Shown in pieces: positions 13,766-26,078 of a DNA stretch of 64,000 nt (position 1 is the first letter of the stretch; the number at the start of each line of letters is the position of its first letter). Below the pieces are notes generated by a model. That model ran no database searches. It was not told the origin of the DNA and worked only from the letters and a program-made list of their open reading frames with translations. The translations under genes and the position numbers were made by a program. Location: assembly GCA_004022145.1 (NCBI GenBank), contig RCNU01000011.1, one strand, 5' to 3'. This stretch comes from Paecilomyces variotii. Taxonomy: Eukaryota.

Positions 13766-14307
13766 CTGGATCGATTCTGAGATAGGGAGTGATTTCTAGT
13801 ATTTCTGATAATCTGGTCAGGGAATGAGTTCGATATGTTATGTATACAGATAGGTAATAATGAATGACAATGAATATGAATGGATACAAATTAGTGCAGA
13901 ACTGAGACAGACGTCTAGGCTAGTATAGTATCCTAGAATCGATTAATCTATCTGCCTATCTAGGCTGGAATTTTCAATGATTCAAAGATTGAAGCTTGAA
14001 GGAAAAGAAAATCTCTCAGAGTATTTCCTATAAATACTAACATTCTGTCAGATTAATCAAAAATTCAACCCCCTAATACTTACTGGTCCTTAGCGATCTG
14101 CCGGCGAACATCCTAACATTACTCACTATAAGATAGGATATCCAGCCGTCGCAAGAACCATACTTATACTAGGTACCAACCAAACCACATGCTACCGAGA
14201 TACAATAATACTATTCCTCACCGCTAAGATCACATGTATCTAATAAGAAAAACAAGAGATATATACACACATATCCAATGTGCAGCCAGCATAGAAGGAT
14301 AAAGTAT

Positions 14308-16234
14308 TCAAACCCCCCATACCCCCAACGGATCTAACCCAGAACTCCCCCGCATCTCCTGTAATTTCCTCACCCGCTTGACGAGGGTACCAACACAAAT
14401 CGGCCCAATAAGGGTACAGATAGATATCGCCCAAATAATAACCAAATATATATCAGATATTTCACCCGAAGACCCAGTTACAAATAAGCCTTGGCTTTGA
14501 GCGAGAGAAGCGATGAGATATCCGACTTCTCCTCTTGCGACCATTGCGAGACCGAGGATTGATGGTGGGTATAATGATTTTGGTTTTGGGGGGAATGGAA
14601 TAATTGTTGTTGTTGTTGTTGTGGAGCTTTGGTTGGGGGTTGTTTGTGTGTGAGATTCTGGTTGAGAGTTGGGTTGAGAGGAAGGATTCTGAGATTTGCG
14701 ATTGTTGATCTTTGTGTTTGCTTGGTTACCTGTGCGTTCTTCTGAGGGTTGAGTGATGGGTGTTTCGGTTGGGGTCTGTTGCTTCTTCTTCTTCTTCTCT
14801 TCTTGCAGTTTGTCGGACGTGCAGAAGAGATGGATGCGAGAAAATGGTCTTTTCAATTTATATGCGAAGCTCAACAGGGGCCGACGCAGTGAGAAACGAA
14901 CGAGCCAAATGCCAGTGATTAATTTTCCAAATATCATTAGAAGAGCGTAGATGATACCACGCCAAATTATACTTCCTTTGAACATTTCAGTGATGGGAAT
15001 TGCGAATCCAATCGATGCCTATGTATTCTTCTTGTTAATACTGTACTTATTTTATTATAAGCAGGGAGGTCAGAGGGGGATACTCACGAAGAACAGTGGT
15101 GTGAGAATTCGATTAACTGGCTGTTTGTAATATTTCTCATAGACCTTTTCACCTGTTGGTGTTTCGCCATGTTGTATATTACTTGTAGAAGATGCATTCG
15201 AGGTGTGGGATAGTACACTGAGACCAGGGGTGTCGTTGTCTTGGGCTCTGTTGTTTGAAGAAGGAGGGTCTGTTGAAGGTGTGTTCGAAGGGACAATGCC
15301 AGAAGGCATCTTCGACTCTATGACCATGCCATCAAACCACGTAACAATGACTCCTGCAAGGTAAGCTGCAAAAAGACTCGACGTGCCTGCATAAGTGGCA
15401 CCGGCAACAAGTCCTATTAGAAAGAGTGTCTGGTATAAAAACGCAAACTGCACGCTTCCTATGAAATTAGGGACTTTGAGCTTGGCTGAGAGAACTCTCT
15501 TGGAAATCGGCCCGATGAAGAATGCACACAGAAGGAAAAGACCCAGTGCAAAACCAATCGAGACGAAGACGGGCCGAATGACCGTCAGAGCATCGAAGGA
15601 TGAAGCATTCCCGCCTAGATTTGAAATGATTTGTACCATAACGAGACCAACGACATCATCTAGCATGGCAGCACTGGTCGTAACGGTACCCAGGCGCGTA
15701 GAGATCAGATTTGTCGTTGATAGGATTGTAAAGGTAGTTCCAAGGCTTGTTGCGCTTAGAGATGCACCTGCAGCAAATGCTTGTAATGAGGTTGCTCCGA
15801 CTAACTCTCTTAGAATAAAGGACAAGCCCATCGGCGTGCCAATGCCAGTGATCGCAACGCAGAGAGAAACTATTAGGTTTGCTCTCACGGATTTGATCGA
15901 TGTTGATAGACCGCCTGGTCGAGGATAAGCAATTGTTCAACTCGTACAGGTATGTACATACATAAGTACAGTACTTACCTTCATATACCAGCATAATCAG
16001 TCCAAGATAGCCCAGCTGCTGGATAACAGTTTCTGTCTCTTGATCTAGCCATTTTGCTCCAGGTGTGCCCCAAAGGATACCAATGAAGAGCTGGCCGATG
16101 AGCCCACAATATAGAATTTTGTCAAGGCAGACATTGACAAGATTCAAAACCAGGAGAAATCCAGTCTGGGTGAGTATGGTTGTTATTGGCGGTTCATGAT
16201 AAGCAAATGCTGCATCTGAGCCATCCCCGGCCAT
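14308..16234 (-). CDS. Cation/H+ exchanger (Na+/H+ exchanger family, CPA2/Kha1-like); 3 exons
   Basis: Many hydrophobic helices; YEGGL, ATSLGTTF, AAMLDDVVGLV, PLFFASIGFAIP, AMVARGEVG motifs; introns 15978-15915 and 15087-15019. Confidence 0.88.
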
Positions 16235-16889
16235 TACTTGCTTGAAAGATAACCAGGCAACAGTCACAGGCTTGAATAAAATGCTATTCTTAGAGAAGTA
16301 CCTTAGGTTTGAGGAGAAGATAAAGAAGAGGCAAACACGGATGTAATTGAGGAAGTGGCTGCGCCCGGCGGAAGTGGCAGAATCTGAGGGCGGACAAGTT
16401 CTGACGCAGGTCTTGATTGAGGAAGCTTTGTTAGGATAACCATTAGGATATCCAAGTCTATGGCCGCGTGAGAACTATACTACCTACCTAATTAGTCGAG
16501 GTATCATATTGCCATTCCTTACCGCTAAAATCATATGTATAATAACTTCTAGGTGAATAATAACATCCCATTCCACCTTTCACTTTCAACCCCCCTTTAC
16601 CCTTCATCCCCATCTAACATTCATCCCCATTCCAACATTTGCACAATGATTCCATCTCTGTCATCTTATGTAGGTGCTCGCTAGATCCTAGTCGCGAGCA
16701 TTATACCTACTTTAGACGACACACTGGTGGTAATCTAGTTCAGCTTCCTTGCACCTGCCTTCACTGAATTTCGAATCACGGTGATCGAGCCTTCCTCAGG
16801 CTGCCACTTTTGAGTTATATATCACTTAGTGAGAAGGGAGAAAATTCGATTTCTGTATATCACACTGTGCATAGGAGGGTTCTTCTCTA

Positions 16890-17940
16890 ATGGATAAGAT
16901 TCACGATGGACGACAAGAACGCAGAGGGCTGGGTCTCTCTGCTAAGGGAAGCAAATCAACTTTCCTTAAACGAATGAACGTGGTCAAATTACCTACACCA
17001 GAAGTTCCAGACCCGATCACTAGTCAGTCCGATGAGTTAGTCGATGCCATGGTTGCATCATTTATTGAGCCCGTCAATGACGCTGGTATGATCACTAGAA
17101 CAAAGGCAGCCTTATAAACCTCTATTGACGATAATCCCTTGTACATTGATAATGTACATACGAGGGAAGCCTTTTTGTCAGAAATTATCACGCCATGCGG
17201 TTTGCCGACACACGCCAGGAGAGAGTGGAGCTTATCAAAAAGATAGAGCGTCTTGACGAGGAGTTGAAGAAGTTGAGACTAGACCACGATGAAGTTCATG
17301 CGGAGCATCGAGAAGCGATAGCAGGACACCGAGAAGCGATACAGCGCATCGAAGATATAACAGGTGGCGTTGGAGAGTTACGCAATCTATTCTTCGACGT
17401 GTACAAGAAAAACCAAATGGACCAGGAGAAACGGCTGAACGCGTTACACTGGTCAGACAACCCTTGGATTCGCAAAACGGAACAAACCGTTGAACGTGAC
17501 TGCAAGAGGGACGCAGAACTTCCCTACTATAGACATATTGGTATGAAACGCTACAGGGAGTTATACGGATTTTTTTCCTAAGCAAGTACTAACTATTGGT
17601 GCGTATCTGACCCTCATAAGATTGCAAAGCTAATGCGTATATAGAATACGAACCAACAATTCGTACCCTCAACAAACATGCGTCGATTCTCAGTTCCCCG
17701 TTCATGAAAACTTCTCCGAGGTTTGATGAACTTTGGCGTCACTTTATTGATACACTTGCGGAGTCGGACTACCCCGAAAGATACTAGGCGAATCCTTATT
17801 CAAAAATCACACAAGCGTATAGGGCATTCTGGGGTTGTCTAGATTATGAGGTCGCGGAAGTGGAGAGGGTCGATATTGACGAGAAAGATCAGAGACTGTC
17901 CAACCTTAATCCGAGGCGCACATGGTATCAAATTGTCTAG
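16890..17940 (+). pseudogene. Probable pseudogene of a lineage-specific coiled-coil hypothetical protein
   Basis: Plausible GT-AG introns join MDKIHDG...; ...RELYGF is followed by a 7-T run (17570-17576) that shifts the frame; the last exon (YEPTIRTLNKHAS...ESDYPERY) has an in-frame TAG at 17785-17787 and then stays open to TAG 17938-17940. Confidence 0.5.
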
Positions 17941-18252
17941 CTGAGGGAACTGATTGCTTGCTTGCGTCCACAAATAATAATAATAATATCAATAACAACA
18001 ATGAACTGGCTATTAGCTTTTTTGACGCTATCCAAGTATTTCAGACGTCTGTCTTTTCTGGTAATACTATCCTTACATGCACGATGTACTAAATTCGAGG
18101 GTAGGACACTATATAGCACACTCCAAAGTAAACAATACAGTAGCCATTCCTTTCTCACACCAAGCAAAAAGCAAAGCTAACTACAAAGGTATCTCAAAAA
18201 TCAAAATTATCTCACACACTTCACTTCATCGTATCATTTACAATCATCCCCT

Positions 18253-21200
18253 TCATCGACCTCTCCGTCCTCGTCGTCGAGCAGGACCCCGCTGTGGACT
18301 GATGCTGCTCCCATCTAATAGTGCCGCTTCGTCTGTTGACGATCGAGTCTTTCTTCGTGTAGGTGGCACGTTTTTCTGAACCCAGCCCGGACCACGAGGA
18401 AGGCCTTGAGATCGTGCAAAGTCTTGGTCGCTGCCTTCATCGTCTGAGGCTGCGGGGCTTGTTTGCGTCAGATCTACGATTTCGGAGGCGCGGAAGGGAG
18501 CTATGTTGCGGTTCTCGTTCGTCGGTTCTGATTCTGCGCCAGGTCTGGGAGAAGGAGCACGTTGAGGAGAGGAAATCGCCTGTCGTTCTGCTGGTCGGGT
18601 TGATGGAGAGCGAGTCCTCGCTGTAGTGCGAGCTGGTGCGGTTGAGGAGATGAGCATGTCGATTGGAGGGAGATCGAACTCGGCCCAGTCGGTCTGTTGT
18701 GTCTCGTTTGGCTCTTCTGCTGCTATCCTGGGGATAGAAGAGTCTTCTTGTTGTGCGGCTAGACGTTCTTCGTGAGCGCGATCGACTTCGTAGAATGGAT
18801 TAGGCACCATCGAGCTTCCTCTGGAGGTTACTTGGCTTTCGACCTGCGAACTGAATGGCATCGATGATGGGTCGTCCGAAAGGGCCTGAGCTTGATAGGA
18901 CACTGGCACTTTGTAATCGTCGTCCGTTGGATGAGAAGAATTCTCAGCCTGGGTCGGCAGTTGGGGATGGTCTGCGGTTGACTTTTCCTGAGGCGTCGAC
19001 TGTGGCCTTTCACTGGCAGAGTTGGCCTGTGAAGACGCGCCTCCGGACGGTTCGGGATTTCGATCTGAATGCTGCCGGGCAGAAGGGGATGGGGTAGATC
19101 GTTGGGATCCTGCTCGTTTTTTGCCAGCTTCAATATCAGGAGGACTCGAAGGGAAGCCTGTAAAAGTGGGAGACTTGACGGATGAGCTCGAGGAGGCGTG
19201 GTCATCTTGGTTATCATCCTGCTTCTCGTTCTGCTCTTGTTGGGAGCTGTCATCGAAATCAGAGAAAGGCCGCAAGAAGTCAAAACTATCATCTGACGCA
19301 ACGAGATCAGAATCAATCTTCGACCGGAACCCAGCGTCGTTGATCAGCATGGAAATCTCGTTACGGGTCTGGGAGGAGACGGTAACCACGCCTGGTTCAG
19401 CTGATGTGTTCTGGCTTTCGTTGGATACGGCTTTATTGTCATCCAGGACTGCGGACTCTCTACCGATACTTGGTCGAGTAAGCTCGAGCACGGAACATAA
19501 TGGACTCGGATACTAAGGAAATTAATGTACTGACACGCTGACTCCCTGCGCATCGCCTTCGCCTGCCGGCGCGGCTTGTAGCAGCTTGGGCTCGATGAGT
19601 TCCGCGAATGACAGTTCCCGAAAGCCATCATCCTCTTCCGTCTCCTCGTCAAACCCCGGCATCTCAAACCCGCTGTATTCACGACGGCCTTCCTCGTCCT
19701 CCTCCCCGTCAGTTCGCTGCTCCCGGTCCCGTTTAGCTAGCTGGACCTTGATTGTTTTGTCCTCCAGGACGCTGTCCACCCGTGCCACGCGGTACTCTGA
19801 TATCTTAGGTTGCCAGTTCGTCGCCTTGGACATATCTAGTTGTTTAAACGCGATGATGGCACCATTCTGCACCTGTCCTTCAACCAGGTCTGGTAGAGTA
19901 CCCACGTCCGCTGGAACAGTAGGGAGGTCGCATGGTTCCTCTGTCGTCCCGTTGGCATCTGTCATTGCATGGTCCTCACCGGTATGATTGGTTTCCTCTC
20001 CTTGAAGGTAGGATTCATCGTCGTAGTTGAGAGAGACATCGCCGTTCTCGCCATCCCAGTAGCCGTTACTATATTCCTGTTCCTGTTCTTGCTCCTGCTC
20101 CTGCTCCTGCGCCTGAGCAATCTTCTGTCTCTTCCGTCGACCCTTTCTCCTACCCCATCCCTTGCGTTCCGCGATAATCTCATGGGCCTCTTCGTCCCAG
20201 CGCTGTTCGAATGGGAAGGGAGGCGCCGAAAGCTCAATATCATCAAAGACACACTCCGTCGCTTTGATAACCAACTTCTCTTGCCAGTTCTCTTCCGCAT
20301 CGCTTGCTGCTTCCTGATCCTCCTTGTCCGCGTCTTCCTTATGTGAGATGAACGTTTTAGCTTTGGCAGTCAGCTTTGCGCGCATGGCATCCGCCTCTTC
20401 CTTGGATTTCGGCGTCCTCAGTCCAAGCGACCCAAACAGCAGCCGCTTGGAGCTGGCCACGTCTAATGACCGTTTCTTCAATGGCTCATTAGCCGTCTCG
20501 TCAGGCTTCTCCTGAGGAGTCTCCGGAGCAGGCTCATCCTTTTTGGCTGTCTGTTCTGGGACCTCTCGATCTGTATAGTGAGCTGGCGGCACATTCTCTT
20601 TCTCTGACCACCCGTCAATATCCACCCCGCCAGTCTGTAGGTCTCGAAGCAGCTTCTGCCGCTTGGCTTCGAACTCGAGCTGTTCTTTGGACTGCGGTCT
20701 TGGCTCGGTCGCGCCCGTAACCTCTGTAAGAGGGAGACTGCGCCCATTCGCTTCCTCGAACGCTCTCAGTGCAGTAAAGTCCGCATCTGGAGGTAGAAGG
20801 CCGAGCTCCTTTAGTTTCACTAGCTTCCTTCGCATTTTATTGCGACGGTTTGTCTTCTTCGTCAGTACAGAACCCTTCCCCGGAGGATTAACTTTGGGCT
20901 TCTTGACAGCCTCATCCTCCGACTCAGACTCCGACTCCGATGTGGATTCTTCTGATTCCGATTCAGAAGTCGATTCTTCGTCAGACTCGGATGTCGAATC
21001 ATCTGACTCAGAAGTGGATATATCTGACTCGGAGCTTGATTCCTCATCGGAAGACGTGATAGAACTGGAATCGCTTGCTGCTGTGCCCACCTTTCTATCT
21101 ATTCCAGAAGCCTCTGATTCCGAAGAGCTGGAAACTTCCTTACTCTCCTTCTGGAATCTGACATTCTTCGTCCTCTTGGGGGATTCCGTCACACTCTCAG

Positions 21201-22253
21201 GACGACGGTCAGTGACTATGGAGGACTTGCGGACAGCAGGACTTCCAGTCGGGGTCGTCCCACTCGGTTCTGTTTGTTCAGAGCTTACACCTAACTGCGA
21301 CACTCGACGGGATGATCTTCTGGTACGTATAGCTTCCGTCGTTTCCACTTCAGGGGTTTCATCTGGCCGTAGGTCTTCTTTCAACGCATTAAGCTCCTCT
21401 GCCAGGTCCCCTTCATCAATTTCGGAAGTATCCGCATCGCTGTCAGAATCCTGCGCTCCGGCGAGCTCATCAGGTGGGTGCCGGATGACAGTGCCTTGAT
21501 CTGACGCGACATCATCCTGGATGTCGAAGAGAGACATCTCTTTCCCGGTGTGTAAATTCCGTGGCAAATCCCACCGCACATCTTCCTCAAGATCGTCACC
21601 GGCACTCCATCCGGAAAACGAGATGCGTCGACGCTTCCGAGGCGGGATATTAACCGTAGGTCTTGCAGAGAACGATCTCTTCAGATACGGTCGCCCAAAC
21701 GGGACTCCATCAATCAAGTGTCTTCCATCCATCGAGATCTGAAGTCGGCCTGATATGCGCCTCGCTCTCATATCGGAGAGTTGTAGAGCTCGAATACTGC
21801 ACGAACAAAGTAATTAGCCAACGTTACCTCTACACACGTAACAAAACTTAAATCAAATCGAGGAGTCGTGACTAACACAACCTCGTCCCCATCCCTCAAC
21901 AAACCCTCCACTTCCATGAAATGCAGACACTCGAACCCATTCACTTCAACCACATAATCCTCTAGACCCCACTGTCCGATTTCGTTCTCTTCGCCATTAT
22001 AATCGCCTCTCGCGCCAGTAATGCTTCCGCCCTTCGTCTCGAGTGGGATCACCTCGTTCACATCCTCGAGCAACTGCGCGATGGTGTAGTCATCATTTCC
22101 GTACGTCGCGTTCGGTGTTCGCGTCGATGTAAGAGCGGATGCAGACGATGCGGATCTAGGCGCTGGTACCGCCTGAGTTGATGGAGGAGAAGTCGTCCAT
22201 AGGATTCGCGTGACGGGGAGCCCGTGTCGTTGGATGATGAGATGGAGACGCAT
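18253..22253 (-). CDS. Large Ser/acidic nuclear protein with a coilin-like Tudor domain (putative fungal coilin homolog)
   Basis: N-terminus MRLHLIIQRHGLP...LEDYVVEV..FECLHF..LLRDGDEV, intron 21876-21797, Ser/Glu tract, basic NRRNKMRRK, and GAIIAFKQLDMSKATNWQPKISEYRVARV...ELIEPKLL resembling the coilin C-terminus. Whether 18253-19491 is spliced on or the protein stops at 19522 is uncertain. Confidence 0.7.
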
Positions 22254-23052
22254 GTTGTTGGTTCCCGTTTGTTGCGGGTGGATGCGTGCTTGGTTATGCG
22301 ATGGGATTCATTGACGAAAGGCCATCGAGATGCTTCGCTGATTTTCAGTACTTAGGCGCAATGAAAGAAGAATGGAGCGCTCGCGGGGCCAGCGCAGAGC
22401 TTGAAAGCGCGCGGGAGCGTAACTAATGCGAATGGAAGGAAAAGTTCAAAGGGGCGCGGAAAGGAACCCGTTGCGCGTAGTTGGCTTGAAAACAAGTCAG
22501 GCGACAATAAAAGTCAGGAGTTTCTCGTAATAAAAACTTCCCGCGAAGAGGAAAAGTATTGCGTCGAATATTATCGCGCCAGTTAGTTTCGAGCAGCGGA
22601 GGTTTTTGCGGAATGAAATGATGATGCCAAGCGGAGCGGTGATTCCACGTGGTCCGGCGCGCTTTCGGTTTAAGTAGCAGCCTATAAACTACTATCAGTA
22701 ATACTGCCTCATAGTTACCTAACTATGTTATTATCATGCACTAGATGATGATAGTTCGGTGTGCTTGCACAGCTCTTGACATCAATAGCAATTATTTCAT
22801 ACTCGTCCCTATCTACATATTACTCATCTCCCTTCGCCACGCCGACTTAATCCAAAGCGATCGCAAGGAGTCAAGAGGGGAATAATAACGGATCTCTAGA
22901 CACCGATTCCTGGAGAAAACCGGCCTTTTCTCCACATGTAACACCGAGGGGGAAATTCCAAAGGATATATGAATGATACAACTAGGATCTTGAAAGCCAT
23001 GACCAGTGACCCAACGCCAGATCATGCAACTTTGCTCAGGGAGTAGAAAAAA

Positions 23053-23100
23053 AAGAAGAAGAAGAAGAAGAAGAAGAAGAAGAAGAAGAAGAAGAAGAAG
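23053..23100. repeat. (AAG)16 microsatellite just downstream of the arrestin gene
   Basis: Direct read of 48 nt of perfect tandem AAG. Confidence 0.95.
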
Positions 23101-23165
23101 AAAATTAACGGGTCGTCGATAGTGTGTTCCTGCTCAGGGACACATCAAAGTTCTCATGATTATTA

Positions 23166-25329
23166 TTATGCTCCTGGAGTCGGAGGCTGCTTGCCGTTTG
23201 AATGGCCTGGAACGGGTTTTCGATGGGGCACACCCAAATTCATGCGTAAATTCGTGTTTGACGGCCTCCGCTGAGCAGCATTATCGGTCGCTGAGAGAGG
23301 ACTTAGCTGCGTTGGCATTGGCTGATACTCTGGTAGAGGTTCGTCGTGCCGCTGTTCAGCGGAATAGGGGCGCACATCAACCGGTGACAAGGCCGGACTC
23401 ACGTTCTCAGGGCTGGAGTGCGAATCAGTAGGCGTTGAAGGAAGCATATCAAACGATTCGACAGAGGCATTGGAATGTATCGTGCCAACACTGTCGGGGA
23501 ACAGTCTCTCCCTACCCTTCTCGTCCGGAGATCCAACACCTGTTTCTGACACTGTCCGTCTCCCGGAAATGCCATCTGGGGGGTTATAGTCACGTCGTGG
23601 ACCGTCTACTGGGCCGAGATCTTCGGCAATAGCATCTTCATAGCTTGGAGGAGCGTCTGCGTAGCCATCTTCCGGATAGGCTGGTACTGGGGGAGCGGAT
23701 GGCCTTGGGGGCATCGGAGGACGTTGACTTGGGCTTGTGGGTGTTCCTGCTGACTCGGCGGCTTTGCCATTCCTGCCAGCCATTGCGTCCAACAGAGCCT
23801 GTGGCGGAGCAACTCCCGAGTATACCTTGACTGGAATTCTCAGCGGTAGTACCGCCATAGTCAACTGCTACTGTTAGCAGAATTTCCTAAGGATAAAGAG
23901 ACGTCTGTGATCCTGCAAAGAAGAGGCAGTAGGGCCAGCGTACCTTGGGTGCTCCTTTGATTCCGTGGCTCAAGCCAACGCGTACTTCCAGCTCATAAGT
24001 TCTCCAGATATTGCATGTTTCAAAAGATGGAGCGACAGAACTTGGAAGAGGTATCCGAGACCAGATTGCGGGATCGATCTTAAATTCTTGGCCAGGAGCG
24101 TCTTCGCCTCTGATTAAAGGCTGGTTCATATTACTGTGGCTCACTAGAACCCAGCTGCCACTTTCTTTCCTTGCCAGATCATGTGCACGGATATGTGTAT
24201 ATGCTATCAACTCAATCTGAATCATCTGCAGGTATATAGTCTCCAGTGTATCTGAGATTTTCGTTACCAGAACGCGGAGAGGGATTGGTTCGTTGATTGT
24301 TAGAATCGGAGGGTTTGGCAGTCTCGCATCGACGGAGAAACGAGGGCCGTCTGCGGAGGAGAGGCCCGTTGTACCGGATATTTTCTGAAAGAGACCTCTC
24401 TTTTGTGATGGGGCTCCAGGCCTTGTAAACTGATGTTGTCGCCGCGCGTATGTCTCTTCTTTCGGATCCCCCATTTTCGGGGGTTCGATAGGGAGGAAGT
24501 TGAATTCGGATATCTAAACGAGCATGTCAGTAGCTATACCACAGCTGACCGTGAAATCATGCAGTCCTGGCTCATTTCAGAATATTCATTCTCGTTAACG
24601 TTGGGGACATCCGAGAACATACCGATCGGATATTCTCCTTGTAGAACTGCGGCCGGACAATAGTCGCTTTAACATAGTACTTAATCTCCGCTTCTCCAGG
24701 AAACCCCCTCAATGATGGAGGCAACGTCTTCTTAACATGGCGATCAGTATCCCGTGCCACTTCGAGTCTCAGTCCAGTCATGTTGAGATTCGTCAACATG
24801 CTGTTATGGGTGCTGCATGAATTATTGAACGGGAACTAGAGAGCAGTCAGCACCCAGCTTTGTACTGAAGACGTATATATATAGCCTCAATGCCTGCATG
24901 TATTCACCTTAAATTTGAATGGGTACTCATGCACTCCAGCAGGAAGGGTATAAACTGCACTGGAGCCATGCTGATAGACCTCCGGACTGGGGAAAACCGT
25001 GGAAACTTTGTAAAGCAGCTGCAGACCCAATCAGCCCACTCCGGTCGATTCGAAATGATCGATGCGCAATTGTGCTCTGCAGTCAATATACAACACGTGG
25101 ACGTGACCTGACTTACCTTATGAACCTCTAGTTCCGTCTTCTTCTTGTCCGGTCTAACATCGCCCTGATACCGCGGGCCCGCCAGCCGCGTCCGACTTTC
25201 ACCTTCCAACTTCACCTGGATAGCACTGATCGATGTATCCGTCACAAGCTGCACAATGACCTTCCCGGTGATGATGTCCAGATTCGTGAAATATGCGTGA
25301 GGCCGGTCCAGATGGATCCTCGCCGTCAT
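23166..25329 (-). CDS. Arrestin-fold protein with PY motifs (ART-like ubiquitin ligase adaptor); about 5 exons
   Basis: FTNLDIITGKV...IQVKLEGESRT, ELEVHK, LPPSL, IKYYVKATI.RP, APSFETCNI.RTYELEVRVGL; Pro-rich tail with PPSYED and LPEY. Confidence 0.85.
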
Positions 25330-26078
25330 GGTGTCTGCGCACCCCCAGTGGATTTAGGTACTGGATCAACCCAGTGATCGGCGAACGCTGGAGGCGGGCA
25401 GCCTGGACTGAGTATTACCGAGTGCGGGGAAGACAGCGCCAATGATATCACTGGAGATACTTCGGAAGCTGGGGATTATAGACGAGTTTCTATGCACTCA
25501 AGAGGGAACATCCAACTAGTGGTTTCTCTGTTGGTGTCTGGGGAAAGAAAGGCTGTTGATAGGAAGAACTGCGGGTATACACGAGAGAAAGGGAAGATGA
25601 CGTTTTCTCCGATCTTCTACTTAGAGCGCCCAACGGGGCCTAAGAATATTTTTGCGAAAAGCGCTCCGTGGGGCTGAAAACGATCGATGAACACTCCGCG
25701 GCTAGACTGAAACTTTATACCAGTCCGGGTGCTCCGGGATGAGCATTATTCTCTTCTCGTTATCGTGCTGTGCACTATTATTATTCTCTCCATCCTCTGC
25801 GCTGTCCGTGACAGCGCGAATTGCCGTATACGGGTTTTCGGATAGCTAAGCCACAGAATGAGCTGCATCAGATCCGGCACAGCCTCATTCACGCGTCTCC
25901 GCACGCTGGTGACTGGGGCCTATAAGAATTCTCAAAGCATTATACAGCAAATCAAGTTTTATTATATGATATTTATTCAGATAGAGCTATTGGGGTATAT
26001 GTCTATGGATGCCACGAGATTCTAAGCCGTTGAGATCCGGTACGGCCGAGATGCAACGGTGCTTCGAAGATTGACTGA

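Noticed and set aside
20663-21499. Long antisense ORFs (this one, 15395-15928, 60669-61340 and similar)
   Set aside because: Shadows of well-supported genes on the opposite strand, with no independent motifs.
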